Shown here piece by piece: positions 19,732 to 30,881 of a stretch of DNA of 64,000 nucleotides. Every line of letters begins with the position of its first letter. Within the stretch, counting starts at the first letter, position 1. Source of the DNA: Desulfobulbaceae bacterium. Lineage in GTDB: Bacteria; Bacteroidota; Ignavibacteria; Kapaibacteriales; UBA2268. The stretch is from NCBI GenBank assembly GCA_018335795.1, contig JAGXRP010000058.1:11520-75519 (forward strand), written 5' to 3'. Under the pieces are notes generated by a model. That model was not told the DNA's origin, made no database searches, and saw only the letters and a program-made list of their open reading frames with translations. The position numbers were made by a program, and so were the translations under genes.

Positions 19732-19820
19732 AAATTGTGTGGAATTTAGTTGACAGTGTGAAATATCACACACAAGCATTTTATATAAAGTTTATTTATT
19801 ATATTTGATATGCAGAGAGT

Positions 19821-19849
19821 TGCCGAAATAATAATTGTTTATTCGGCAA
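19821..19849 (+). terminator. 12-bp perfect inverted repeat hairpin downstream of E1 gene (weak terminator candidate; T-run 12 nt downstream)
   Basis: TTGCCGAAATAA-taattg-TTTATTCGGCAA. Confidence 0.3.
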
Positions 19850-19891
19850 ACTTAGCATATTTTTGCGTACTATTGAGCGGGAAAAATTTTT

Positions 19892-19965
19892 GCGCCCGTA
19901 GCTCAATTGGATAGAGTATTGGATTCCGGTTCCAAAGGTTGGGGGTTCGATTCCCTTCGGGCGTG
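19892..19965 (+). tRNA. tRNA-Arg (anticodon CCG)
   Basis: Cloverleaf folded by hand: acceptor GCGCCCG/CGGGCGT, anticodon stem TTGGA/TCCAA, loop TTCCGGT, T-loop GGTTCGATTCC; CCA not encoded. Confidence 0.85.
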
Positions 19966-20005
19966 CAAACTAAGATAGTTATTAACTTATTGTCAGAAAG
20001 GGTAG

Positions 20006-20737
20006 ATGAAAAAGAGAACAGAATTAGACAAAGAAAACTACAAGAATGAAGGCGATTCATCAACTGATGAAGTCTCTGAAAATAGCAACCCGGCGGAAGG
20101 CTTCATTCAAAAATACAGTAAACCAATAATCATTGTATCAATAGTAGTTATCGCCTTAGTGGCTTTGCTTATCTATATGAAGTATCAAGCTGAAGAAAAT
20201 GAAATCAAGGCATCAACCTTGATGACACGTATTGTACCATACTTCCAAGCAGGTGATTTTGAAAAGGCGCTTAATGGCGACCCCGATAAAACCTATTTAG
20301 GAGAAAAAGTAGTGGGACTAAAGCAAATAGCTGATGAATATCAGAGTACTTCCCAAGGGAAGATTGCATCTTTATATGTAGCAACAATATACGCTGATAC
20401 AGCTGATTATGATAACGCTTTGAATTATTTTGAAAAAGCTGCAAAAGCAGATGCCAATATAATAAAAATGGGTGGAATGGCAGGAATTGCTTCTGTACAC
20501 GAACACAAAGGCAACCTAAAAGATGCAGCCCAGAACTACTTGTCTGCATCAGAATTAGCCGAAGATGATAACACTAAATCGCGTTACTCATTTTATGCCG
20601 CTTTATGTTTTGAAAAAACAGGCGATAAAGCCAATGCCGAGAAAATTTTCAGAACTATCATTGAAGAGAATCAGTTAACAGAATTTACACCTTTAGCAAA
20701 GGCGGGGTTGATTAGAATTGGCACGATTATTGAATAA
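20006..20737 (+). CDS. Membrane-anchored TPR-repeat protein (YfgM-like topology)
   Basis: Polar N-terminus, single TM (IIIVSIVVIALVALLIY), then TPR-like helical repeats. Confidence 0.5.
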   Translation: MKKRTELDKENYKNEGDSSTDEVSENSNPAEGFIQKYSKPIIIVSIVVIALVALLIYMKYQAEENEIKASTLMTRIVPYFQAGDFEKALNGDPDKTYLGEKVVGLKQIADEYQSTSQGKIASLYVATIYADTADYDNALNYFEKAAKADANIIKMGGMAGIASVHEHKGNLKDAAQNYLSASELAEDDNTKSRYSFYAALCFEKTGDKANAEKIFRTIIEENQLTEFTPLAKAGLIRIGTIIE

Positions 20738-20837
20738 GTTGATTGGGTTCATACCCGATATTTTTGTTTTTTATAAGATTGAAATAGATGTTAATATATA
20801 ATTTTTTGTACATAAGTATTAAATTTTTGGAGGTATC

Positions 20838-23800
20838 ATGAAACGATTGATTCGTTTGAGTTTTTTGGTGGTACTATTGGGCATCCTGTCATACGGATAC
20901 GCTCAGTCAAACCAAGTTTACGTATCCGGTTCTATTGAGCCGGGTCAAGTAAGGGTTTTCATGAAAGACTCTGTTTACATATTCAATAAGGATTACACTG
21001 TAAACGGAACTCTTATAATAGAACCCGGAACAACACTCTACATGCATCCCAATGGCAGATTGATTGTCGCCGCAGGCGGCAGAGTTTTAGCCGATGGGCT
21101 TGCAAAAGCTTCTTATACTGAAAGACCGGGTGGTTTAAATCCGGTTTTGACATATGAGCCGCTTGGTCACGCCAGCTACGAGTATTTCTTCTACAATGCT
21201 GTTGACCAATACAATGACAACTCTGGTGCTGCTCGCACTATCAGAGTTGAATCACCTAAGGACCCGACGGTCCACATGGATAAGTATAATCATATTTTCC
21301 ATGTATTGTTGAATAAATCAACAAGGCAGATAGTTGATATTGCTGACCCCAGCAGTAGCAATTACCCAAGATTCCGTAATTCTGCGGCTCAAAATAATTC
21401 GAATCACATCGTACTATCGTACGAGCAAGCATTGATGTATCAAGCTGCACGTTTGAATTTTGACCCGGAAACTTACGATCCAAATCTTAAAACTATGCCT
21501 TGGAGAAGAGTTGGCGGTAAAGTCGCTACTATCGCTCCCGCAACGATTAAATTCATCGGTCAAGCATTTGATATGTCCCGTGAATGGGGTCATATTATAG
21601 TTTTACCAGGTGCAAGAGCTGCTTTCTTCAGAAATGTAGAATTTGAATCATTCAAAAAAGATACTACTGTTGATAGAGTTCCGCTTTATCCGGGTGGTGC
21701 TTCAACTGCTCTTAACATGAGAATGAAACAATTAACTAATGGTGCAGGTGGTGCTCTTACTACTTTCTCATCAAGAACTTGGTTGATTGATTGTAAATTT
21801 TCTAATAACATGGCTCGTCTTCGTGGCGGTGCTCTAAACATTTTGTCCTCACCTATCGAACTTGCTTCTACTTTTAACGGAAGCACTCAAGGTTTGGGCT
21901 ATTATCCTGCTACTAAAAACCCACACATAACAAATCCTGATGGTACTCCTTCTATTATTAATACTCAAAATCCAATTTTGAGAATTGATAATGTTGACGA
22001 AAATATGAATTTGGCTGAACCTTGGGGAAGCAATAACGCAACTTATCGTCAAGCTTTTGATGATGGTCGTTTAGCTCTTTTCTTAGGAAGAATGCGTAAC
22101 CTTGAATTTGACAATAACATGGTTCAATTAGCGAATGTTAGAGTTGAAATGCAAGATGGTCGCCAAATTACTCGTGACGTAACTGATGAACCTGCTAACT
22201 ATCCAATGCAAGCAGGCAATCATGCTTATGGTGGTGCGATTTACATTTCGGGTATGCCTGAATATAAAGAAAGACAAATTGAAGTTGCTTTAGGTTTCAA
22301 CAATAGCATTAATATCGGTGGCGAAGTTGTATTCTTTGATACCCCCGATACATTCATTGCAAAAAATAACTCTTCAAGAAACTTCCAACAGTCAATGAAT
22401 TCACATGGTGCTCGCGGTGGTGCTTTATACATTGCAAACTACACTTCTATGATTGTTGCAGGTGAATATACTGAAAATAACACATATGCTAAGTATTTCG
22501 AAGATGACTCATTATTCGGTGTTACTTCTGCAGGTTACTCACAAGGTGGCGCGATTTTCATGGAAAACACTCTTGCAAGACTTCAAGTAAGAGGTGGTCC
22601 TTCTCGTGAAAACGTCAACGAAACTTATTTCACAGGTAACAAATCAGCTGCCGGTGGAGCAATTTTTGTTGATGGTAATACTTCAGCTCATCCTTCACCT
22701 ATCGTTGGTGGTTCGGATGCGAAACTTGAAACAAGAGATTATGGCTTCGATATTAAATTCGAAGGCAATATGGCTTTGACTCATGGCGGTGCAATTCTCA
22801 CTAAGAGAAATATGTCTGTTAATGGCTCAGGTGGTGTTGAAGCAAATGCTTTATTAGGTTATGATGGTAAATATACTGTCAGATTCTGGAATAATACAGC
22901 CGGTTTCTCCGGTGGTGCGATTGACATCAGAATACCTAATGCAATTCCTCCGGTTCCTCCAATTAAGAGAGTTGTTTCTCTTATCCGTGCAGAATTCATT
23001 GGCAACGTTGTCGGTGAAGGTATGGAAGGCGATAACATTACTCAAATTCGTGGTGGTGGTGCAGTTTATTCATTCAATGGCGAATTAAACGTTATCAAAG
23101 GTGTTGACTTTTTGAACAACACTGTATATAATGGTAATGGTGGTGCGGTATCTTTGGTTAATCTGCAAGATGAAGCTTCAAAACGCTATTTCCTTACTGA
23201 CTTAGATGAAATTCATTATCAAAACGGTTTACCTGTTGGCTATCATTCAAATGATGATGCATTTACAGGTGCTGACCAAACTTTCCCGGCTGACGTCAGA
23301 ATGTTAACAAGATTCATTGACAATAAAGTCGTTCTTGATACTGAAAATGAGCTTGTACAAGCTCAAATGGGTACAGGAACAACTCAAGTTGGTCAAGGCA
23401 CTCCTGTTACTACTTTAGATTTGTTAGCAACAAAATGGGTTACTAATACTACCGGTTATGCTGTTGGTATGAATGGTGTAGCTATTAAATTTACAAATAG
23501 CGGTGACAATTGGCAATACTTAAACACAGGTGTTCCATTTAGATTCACTACAGTTGCATTTACTTCAGAAATGGTTGGCTACTTTGGTGGCGACCGTGGT
23601 ATTATCGTTAAAACTATTGACGGTGGTGCTACTTTCCAAATGCTAAATACAAATACTGACAAGAGAATCAATGACGTATTCTTTGTAGGTTCAAACGTTG
23701 GTTATGCAGTTTGTGATGATGGTTACATCTTAAGAACTGTTAATGCCGGCGCTACTTGGTCTGTTACAAAACCTGGTATCCTTGATTTGAAGAGCGTATT

Positions 23801-26800
23801 CTTTGTTTCTACAAATGTCGGTTTCGCAGTTGGTAACAATGCTGAAGTTTTAAGAACTTCTGATGGCGTTACTTGGGAATTTATTGACTTAGCAGGAACA
23901 TACCAAGATTTGAATTCAGTTCATTTTGTTAATTCAAATAAAGGCTTTATCTTAGGTCAAAACGGTACATTCTTAGTAACTGAAAATGCAGGTAATACTT
24001 GGAATTTGGTTGACTTTGGTATCATGAATCACTTGAAAGATATTACTTTCATTGGTCAAACTAACGGCTATATGATTGGTACAGGCGGTTTGGCTTGGAA
24101 ATCAGTTGACGGTGGTACTAATTGGACTCCAATGGTTACTAATACTGAATTGAACTATCATGGACTTAGCTTCCCAACTCCAAATGTTGGTTATATTGTC
24201 GGCGATGCCGGATTGGTATTAAGAACTATGGATGCCGGTGCAAACTGGACTAAAGCTAATCCTACAAATATGAGCTTTACAGACGTAAAACGTTACAACC
24301 TTGATTCATGGTTACCAGAAAATGGTATTGGTCTTGGTGGTGCTCTTTATATTCTTGATAGCGTTTCATCTTCTAAAATTGGAAGAATTGATTCAGTTAA
24401 CTTTAACCGTGTTAGAATTCAAGATAACATGGCTTATTCAGGTTCTGCAATCTATTCAGATAACTATGATTTGAAACTTATCTTAACTCGTTCATTGGTA
24501 ACAGGCAATAATGCTTATTCAATGGTTGGAATGGAACAAAATGTCATCACAGGTGCTCTTTCAAGAGACAACGGTGGTAATATTAACTTTAACGAAGCAT
24601 CATCAGACCTCGTAGGTACTACGATTTATGGTGAAGTTCAAGGTCCATTGCCCGCTTATACATATTCAGAAGCCGCAAATAGTATTTACAACAATAATGC
24701 AAGATTCTTGATTAGATTGCCTGATGCACCGAATTCAAAAGGTATATTGGCAGGTACTACAGGTCTTGGTTATGGTGGTACTGATACATTACGCGGTAAC
24801 TTCTGGGGTGCTACTGAAGCAAATGTTCATTTTACTTTGCCTCATATGCAACAAAATCCTCAATTTGCAAGAATGGAAACTTTCTTCGTTTCAGGCGATG
24901 GCAATACTTGGTTACAATTCTTATACCCTGAATTGATTAATCCAAATCCTGCTGACCCAAGACAAAAAGGTCCATTTGAATCAATTGCAAGAGGCGACGT
25001 TATGTACGTTCCTATAGTATTGAAAAATGAAGCCGGAACACAAAATACACATGACGCAATGAGTATTCCTGAAAAATTACTCATGTCAGGTCACGTTTAT
25101 GATTTATACGACAAAAACACTGACATTAAAACTGCTGATTATTCAAACAGAAGAATGAGCCCAATTGAAGACTTTGCTGTAGGTATTCCACCTAAGTTAA
25201 GAACTTTCGATAACGTTAACCAACCTTCATATGGTAAGGTAATCAAACGTTGGACTCGCGATCCATTTATTGCAGAAGCAAGAGATGAATCAAACAACTT
25301 GAAATATCCTGGTATTGCTGCACTTCTTACAGAATTCAAACCTGATATGAATGGTGTAAACTATCATCCAATCGGTTATCCTCTGTATCTTGAAGCAAGA
25401 GCTAACTATGAAGATTTAACAAGAAGAAGCAATCATGACCCGAGATTATTGAACCATACAGTTTACTTTGTAATCAACTTGAATACAGGTGACTATGTTC
25501 GTGCTAATCTCGAACAAGTAAGTGAAAATGCTCCTCATAGAGAAACTTTCAGAGCTACAATCGAAATGATTCCTGACTCTTCAGAAAGACGCGACCCAAC
25601 TTGGAGACGTTCTTCAGAAGGTTTGGCTAACTTAGGTTCAGGTCCTGAATTGTTAAAGAGACTATACTTAGACCCATATGATGAAGATTTCGGTGTCCTC
25701 CAAGGTCGTCGTTATACAGCACAAACTCACAGATTACTCGGTAGAGTTCCTGATTTATTCAGCAACCGCCCGGGTATGCCTGCATCAAACTTAATTGGTT
25801 CAGAATCAAGAACTACTTACTTTGGTGGCGAAAGATATCGTTCATTACCGGTAAGAGTTGGTGACTCAGTACAAATCGTTTCAAGAACTATTCTCTGGAG
25901 AGAAGGCGTTCATGAAGCAGCTTTGAAAGGAACTGCATTCAGAATCGTAGAATCAACAGTACCTCCTGTATTTACAGGCGATATCGTGAAATTACAAACT
26001 GACACTATTTTCAAAATGCTTCCATCTTATGATAACCCTGATGTTAAAGAAGAAGTTGTTATTACTGAATTCTTAAACAAAGTGTTTGTTACTGAAGATA
26101 GACCTTATCCTGTTGATTTCCGTACTTATAGCGGATTAGACGTCGAAGGCGACCCTGCTATGGAAATTGCTGGTGGACGTGGAAGAGACTCAATCTTAAA
26201 TATTACTGCAGTTGACACTAATAGATTCTGGGATCCAAGATTTTTGGAAGATCCGGCTAACTATTCACAATTAGGCTATAGAATTGAGCTTGAACCAAAT
26301 TCAGGTTTAAAACATTGGTTAGTTGTTAATAGAAAATCAGCTTCGTCACCAGTAAAAGATGGTGCGTATGGTTACTTAGAATTAGCAGGTCGTCCAATCA
26401 ATCCGTTCGTAGTACCAGGCGGAGAATGGGTCAGAGTTTACTCTGATAATTATCCTCCTCATTACAGAACGCTTGATTCATTGTTAGCTTTCCAACCGCC
26501 GTTAGATGCAGATGTGATTGCACAATATATCGAATCATTCCCTGCATATATGCATGCTGAAATGTACGATATTGCAAATGCAAGATACTTGCAACAAGAT
26601 ACAATTAACGTAGGTCCAAGATATACTAATTCATACCAATTCCATATCTTTGTTGTTGATAGCGTCCCCAGATTCTTGGAAGATGGAGATGGCGGTATTG
26701 AAACAATCTACAGAATTGATAAACCAAATGAAGTATATGTAGATTACGTACCTTCAGTATATCCTTGTGGAACTGATAGAGAAGATAGATTGCTTGCAAA

Positions 26801-28868
26801 CTTAACTGATAAGCTTAGATTCCAAATTGATATAAATACTGACGACGAATTAGAAGACCATTCTCCTGCAGCTGCAGGTTGGGATTTCCGTTATGGTAGA
26901 ACATCTTATGGATATATAAGCAAGGCTATACGCATGAACCCGGCAGATTCAGCCATATTTGATGAAATTGAATATGAAGGTGACTTTGAATGGGTAGAAG
27001 GCGTTTACTTAGTTCAATCAAGACCTCAATGGATGGATGCTAAATATATGTATCTATACGACAGTGAAACTGATTCAGATGCTTTTGGTACTGATTTCAC
27101 TGCTTTTGGTAAGATCAATATCAGAATTCCTGCAGACGAAGCATTAGAAATGATTACGCCTGATCCTCAATATCATGGCGCATTCCATACTGATACTATA
27201 TTCACAATCGTAGTTAATGACGGTCATAGTGGTATTGCCTCAAAACAATATAATGTAATGATAAATATTGTTCCGACTATCGTAACAAATTCGTTACCTG
27301 CTGCTATTGAAGATAGAGATTACAATCCAACTTTGTTAGATCAAACTCGTAGAATTGTAGTTACTGATCCTAACTTCGGACAAAAACATACTTACAAGTT
27401 GATTTATGTTAATACTCCTGAAAATTCAATTCCAATTGACCCTTGCTTTGAAGATGCAGGAAATATTGATTTGACTGATAAGAAGACGACTCCACTTTGG
27501 TTGAAAATTAATCCAAATACAGGCGTATTGTATGGAACTCCAAGAGTAAAAGATGCACCTAAAGATGTATTAGTTACTGTAGTTGTAACAGACGAAAACG
27601 GGCTTTCAACTTATGCTCAAATTCCTCTTACAGTCCAAGGTGTTTCTCATAATCCTTACATAACCGGTGTCCCTGAAGTAGATTGTATTTATCCAAATCT
27701 ACCATGGAGTACTAAGATGACTATATATGATATTGACTTACTAAGAACTAATCCTGCTGAAACAATAACAATTAAATTATTGAATTCTGAAGGCTTACCA
27801 TTGCAAGGATTTACAGTAACTCCAAGTACCTACTCAGGTAATGGGACTACTGATAATTTTGAAATTACAATTTCAAAAACAGGCAATATTCAACCTGATG
27901 CAGATGGTAAAGTTACTATAAAAGTTATTGTTGAAGATATATTTGGTAATAAGTTTGAAAAAATCTTCAAGTTGCACGTATCACTCGAAACTAACTTCAT
28001 TGCTTCGGTAAGAGTAGAAAACGTTAATGGTGCATACCAAGATTTGACTTTTGGTACTTCAAGCATACCCGGTACTTCGACAGGCGATGGAAACGATGGT
28101 GAATATGTTGGTAAACTTGACGCAGAACTTTGCGAATATGAATTACCACCTGTCCCATTTGCTGACGTATTTGACTCAAGATGGGAAATTGCAAACAGAC
28201 AGGGTGTTCATACAAACATCTTCCCAACTGCAATTAGCAACAATAATAGAGTATATATTTATAAAGCTAAATTCCAAGCAGGCGGTCTCGCAGGCGGAAC
28301 ATCAGCACTATATCCTGTTAAGATTTCTTGGGACCCGAACCAAATCCCTGCTCTCAATGATGTTACTAAGAATCCTGCGGGTTCTTCATGGCACTTAAGA
28401 GACAGATTCTCTGATGGTAATCTCTTTACTTTCAATATGAGAGACCCAATGCAAAACTATTACACAAGTTCCGTTCAATTCGCAATGATTGATGGTAAAG
28501 CTGTTGTAACTGTGACTGACAATGCTATTGATGGTTTTGTAATTATGCACGACTGGACTAACTCTGTTATAGAAGTTAATCCTAATGCAAGCGCAACTCG
28601 TATCGTTAGCGTTTCACCTAATCCGGTCAACGAAAACACTACAATCGAATTCGAATTGCTTAATAGCGGTAATGTAACCATTCAATTGGTTGACCTTATC
28701 GGTAATGAGTTGATGACACTTACTAACGATGTTATGACAAGCGGTACATACCAAATTAATTGGGATGGTAATTTAACTGACGGTAACAAAATCTCAAGCG
28801 GTCAATACATGCTTAGATTAGTTTCAGGTAAAGCTACCAGCGTTTATCCGATTGTAATAGTTAAATAA
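20838..28868 (+). CDS. Giant (2676 aa) T9SS cargo: polymorphic-membrane-protein-like beta-helix repeats + Ycf48/BNR-like beta-propeller + C-terminal sorting domain
   Basis: Signal peptide; repeated GGA(I/L/V)(Y/F) Pmp-type motifs; seven blades of G..(N/T)W...(D/N) propeller (~res 870-1110); C-terminal NPVNENTTIEF...GQYMLRLVSG CTD. Confidence 0.75.
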   Translation: MKRLIRLSFLVVLLGILSYGYAQSNQVYVSGSIEPGQVRVFMKDSVYIFNKDYTVNGTLIIEPGTTLYMHPNGRLIVAAGGRVLADGLAKASYTERPGGLNPVLTYEPLGHASYEYFFYNAVDQYNDNSGAARTIRVESPKDPTVHMDKYNHIFHVLLNKSTRQIVDIADPSSSNYPRFRNSAAQNNSNHIVLSYEQALMYQAARLNFDPETYDPNLKTMPWRRVGGKVATIAPATIKFIGQAFDMSREWGHIIVLPGARAAFFRNVEFESFKKDTTVDRVPLYPGGASTALNMRMKQLTNGAGGALTTFSSRTWLIDCKFSNNMARLRGGALNILSSPIELASTFNGSTQGLGYYPATKNPHITNPDGTPSIINTQNPILRIDNVDENMNLAEPWGSNNATYRQAFDDGRLALFLGRMRNLEFDNNMVQLANVRVEMQDGRQITRDVTDEPANYPMQAGNHAYGGAIYISGMPEYKERQIEVALGFNNSINIGGEVVFFDTPDTFIAKNNSSRNFQQSMNSHGARGGALYIANYTSMIVAGEYTENNTYAKYFEDDSLFGVTSAGYSQGGAIFMENTLARLQVRGGPSRENVNETYFTGNKSAAGGAIFVDGNTSAHPSPIVGGSDAKLETRDYGFDIKFEGNMALTHGGAILTKRNMSVNGSGGVEANALLGYDGKYTVRFWNNTAGFSGGAIDIRIPNAIPPVPPIKRVVSLIRAEFIGNVVGEGMEGDNITQIRGGGAVYSFNGELNVIKGVDFLNNTVYNGNGGAVSLVNLQDEASKRYFLTDLDEIHYQNGLPVGYHSNDDAFTGADQTFPADVRMLTRFIDNKVVLDTENELVQAQMGTGTTQVGQGTPVTTLDLLATKWVTNTTGYAVGMNGVAIKFTNSGDNWQYLNTGVPFRFTTVAFTSEMVGYFGGDRGIIVKTIDGGATFQMLNTNTDKRINDVFFVGSNVGYAVCDDGYILRTVNAGATWSVTKPGILDLKSVFFVSTNVGFAVGNNAEVLRTSDGVTWEFIDLAGTYQDLNSVHFVNSNKGFILGQNGTFLVTENAGNTWNLVDFGIMNHLKDITFIGQTNGYMIGTGGLAWKSVDGGTNWTPMVTNTELNYHGLSFPTPNVGYIVGDAGLVLRTMDAGANWTKANPTNMSFTDVKRYNLDSWLPENGIGLGGALYILDSVSSSKIGRIDSVNFNRVRIQDNMAYSGSAIYSDNYDLKLILTRSLVTGNNAYSMVGMEQNVITGALSRDNGGNINFNEASSDLVGTTIYGEVQGPLPAYTYSEAANSIYNNNARFLIRLPDAPNSKGILAGTTGLGYGGTDTLRGNFWGATEANVHFTLPHMQQNPQFARMETFFVSGDGNTWLQFLYPELINPNPADPRQKGPFESIARGDVMYVPIVLKNEAGTQNTHDAMSIPEKLLMSGHVYDLYDKNTDIKTADYSNRRMSPIEDFAVGIPPKLRTFDNVNQPSYGKVIKRWTRDPFIAEARDESNNLKYPGIAALLTEFKPDMNGVNYHPIGYPLYLEARANYEDLTRRSNHDPRLLNHTVYFVINLNTGDYVRANLEQVSENAPHRETFRATIEMIPDSSERRDPTWRRSSEGLANLGSGPELLKRLYLDPYDEDFGVLQGRRYTAQTHRLLGRVPDLFSNRPGMPASNLIGSESRTTYFGGERYRSLPVRVGDSVQIVSRTILWREGVHEAALKGTAFRIVESTVPPVFTGDIVKLQTDTIFKMLPSYDNPDVKEEVVITEFLNKVFVTEDRPYPVDFRTYSGLDVEGDPAMEIAGGRGRDSILNITAVDTNRFWDPRFLEDPANYSQLGYRIELEPNSGLKHWLVVNRKSASSPVKDGAYGYLELAGRPINPFVVPGGEWVRVYSDNYPPHYRTLDSLLAFQPPLDADVIAQYIESFPAYMHAEMYDIANARYLQQDTINVGPRYTNSYQFHIFVVDSVPRFLEDGDGGIETIYRIDKPNEVYVDYVPSVYPCGTDREDRLLANLTDKLRFQIDINTDDELEDHSPAAAGWDFRYGRTSYGYISKAIRMNPADSAIFDEIEYEGDFEWVEGVYLVQSRPQWMDAKYMYLYDSETDSDAFGTDFTAFGKINIRIPADEALEMITPDPQYHGAFHTDTIFTIVVNDGHSGIASKQYNVMINIVPTIVTNSLPAAIEDRDYNPTLLDQTRRIVVTDPNFGQKHTYKLIYVNTPENSIPIDPCFEDAGNIDLTDKKTTPLWLKINPNTGVLYGTPRVKDAPKDVLVTVVVTDENGLSTYAQIPLTVQGVSHNPYITGVPEVDCIYPNLPWSTKMTIYDIDLLRTNPAETITIKLLNSEGLPLQGFTVTPSTYSGNGTTDNFEITISKTGNIQPDADGKVTIKVIVEDIFGNKFEKIFKLHVSLETNFIASVRVENVNGAYQDLTFGTSSIPGTSTGDGNDGEYVGKLDAELCEYELPPVPFADVFDSRWEIANRQGVHTNIFPTAISNNNRVYIYKAKFQAGGLAGGTSALYPVKISWDPNQIPALNDVTKNPAGSSWHLRDRFSDGNLFTFNMRDPMQNYYTSSVQFAMIDGKAVVTVTDNAIDGFVIMHDWTNSVIEVNPNASATRIVSVSPNPVNENTTIEFELLNSGNVTIQLVDLIGNELMTLTNDVMTSGTYQINWDGNLTDGNKISSGQYMLRLVSGKATSVYPIVIVK

Positions 28869-28951
28869 TTCAATTATTGAGCAGGCTTCTCTTTTGAGGA
28901 GCTTGCTCAAAATTAAACATTGAAAATAAATATAAAAAATAGGAGATAATC

Positions 28952-30880
28952 ATGAAAAAATTTCTATTGAGTGCGATAATGATGACAGTAATTGCTGTTG
29001 TCGTCAATCTGCCTCAAACAGCAATTGCTCAGGTGTTCGGTGAATTCAATAGCATCACATTGGTCGAAAATAAACCATATGATGAATTTTCTGATGGAAC
29101 TTTAATACCTGCCAGTGCGTTCTCGTTAGGTCCAAACTTTAACGAAACAAACAAGAAAGATGGATACTATCGTGTTAATCTCGGATTCGATTTCGAGTTT
29201 AACGGAGAAATATTTAACCAAGCGTGGATTTCAGTGAATGGGTATATTACCTTGTCACCTCCTCCATTCTTGCCATCACCAAATCCACAAGCTCTATTTT
29301 TGGATGCAAATAGCTATCCAACTAACGTAATTGCTCCATTTTGGGGTGACCACTATTATAGAGATGAAACAGACTTCTTCACAAACGGATATGTTGTTTC
29401 AGGAATTTCTTACAAAACTATTTCTGAATTTGACGAAGATGGCAAAGAAAGAAAAGTTTTTATCGTACAATGGAAAGATTTAAATATCAATTATATACTT
29501 GACGGTGACCCTGTCAAATCAAGCGTTGGTAATTTCCAAGTTAGATTATACGAGTCATACGATGAATATTCAAAACAAGGCGATATCGAATTTGCATATG
29601 GTTCCATCGGACCACGCAATCGTCCTGATATAACTGACACACGCGTTATCACACGCGGCGCTGTCGCGGGTATCAAAGGCGAAGGCAAAATCGTTGGCGA
29701 AGGTGCAGACTTTTTGAACGGTTTGTTTTTTGATAGAGATCTTCAATTGGCAAGCACAAGAACTGACGTTACTCAAAATTGGCAACCTTCAACCGGTTCC
29801 GACAAGAGAATCCTCTTTACTGCAAGCATCAGATTTAATGTTGCAGAATGGTGGGGCGATGGTGACGTTGACTTTTCAAAAGCAGTTGGTAACAAGCATT
29901 ACAATATGCCACAAAGTAGATTTGTAACTGTTAACGATGTTAGATTAATTATGAAATCCGTTGCTACCGGTATTCCTTTGGATCCCGTAAGACGTCGTGC
30001 AGCTTACCACGCTGATGTAAACCATAATGGTAGATATTATTACAATACTTCTGGCGATAAAGTTAATATAACTAGAAGAAGCAAAGTATTTACTGATGAT
30101 TTGCCAAATGAAATCAGTTCTATTAAGCAAGTTCTTTTTGAAGCAAACGAATATGATGCAGCTTGGATTTTGCGTTATATTGGTGCAAGGATCGTTGAAT
30201 TGCCTTGGTTGATTGATACTTCAGTTAACTATGGTAAATTAGCTGCTGAAGAACATGCTAACCATATTAAGTTAGGAAATATTACTAATTTAGGTAATGG
30301 TACAATTCAAGTTCCTGTCTATTTGAATGGAACTTTGAATAACGCGCTTGGTATCAAATTTAATGTAAATGCCGAAATCCTTGATGTAATCAAATACGAG
30401 ACGGAAGCGTCAAATATTATGGTTATGTCCAATGCTAATACTGTAGTTATATCTGGTGATGGCAAATTCTCAAATACTGACCCCGTTGTTATTCTTACCT
30501 TAAGATTAAACGATGCAGCTTTGAATTTAACAAATATCAGATTTAACGATAATGTCGTTGGCGACTTAAGCCTTGTTGTTAATAAAGTTGAAACAAGTGA
30601 TGCTACGGTTCTTACATTATCGAATACTCCAAATCCATTTGCCGAAAATACACTTATCAATGTTAATATTGCCCAATCAGGCAACTATTCGCTAAACGTA
30701 TATGATTTGCAAGGCAATTTGGTAAAAGAAATCTTTAACGCTGACTTGACAGCTGATGTTCATTCATACTTGTGGAATGGCTCTGATATAAATGGCAACA
30801 GTGTTGCTAACGGAGTCTATATCTACAAATTGCGTGGAAACGGTATTAATGTCTCAGAAACAATGATTTTAAACAGATAA
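28952..30880 (+). CDS. Secreted protein with T9SS C-terminal sorting domain
   Basis: Signal peptide; C-terminal NPFAENTLINV...GVYIYKL CTD. Confidence 0.65.
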   Translation: MKKFLLSAIMMTVIAVVVNLPQTAIAQVFGEFNSITLVENKPYDEFSDGTLIPASAFSLGPNFNETNKKDGYYRVNLGFDFEFNGEIFNQAWISVNGYITLSPPPFLPSPNPQALFLDANSYPTNVIAPFWGDHYYRDETDFFTNGYVVSGISYKTISEFDEDGKERKVFIVQWKDLNINYILDGDPVKSSVGNFQVRLYESYDEYSKQGDIEFAYGSIGPRNRPDITDTRVITRGAVAGIKGEGKIVGEGADFLNGLFFDRDLQLASTRTDVTQNWQPSTGSDKRILFTASIRFNVAEWWGDGDVDFSKAVGNKHYNMPQSRFVTVNDVRLIMKSVATGIPLDPVRRRAAYHADVNHNGRYYYNTSGDKVNITRRSKVFTDDLPNEISSIKQVLFEANEYDAAWILRYIGARIVELPWLIDTSVNYGKLAAEEHANHIKLGNITNLGNGTIQVPVYLNGTLNNALGIKFNVNAEILDVIKYETEASNIMVMSNANTVVISGDGKFSNTDPVVILTLRLNDAALNLTNIRFNDNVVGDLSLVVNKVETSDATVLTLSNTPNPFAENTLINVNIAQSGNYSLNVYDLQGNLVKEIFNADLTADVHSYLWNGSDINGNSVANGVYIYKLRGNGINVSETMILNR

Positions 30881-30881
30881 A

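Noticed and set aside
19839-20063. 74-aa minus-strand ORF
   Set aside because: It overlaps the tRNA-Arg gene and the start of the TPR protein gene, so it is a spurious frame.
21256-28681. Numerous 60-115-aa ORFs on either strand inside the 2676-aa gene
   Set aside because: They are nested in a long, periodic, clearly coding frame and are not independent genes.
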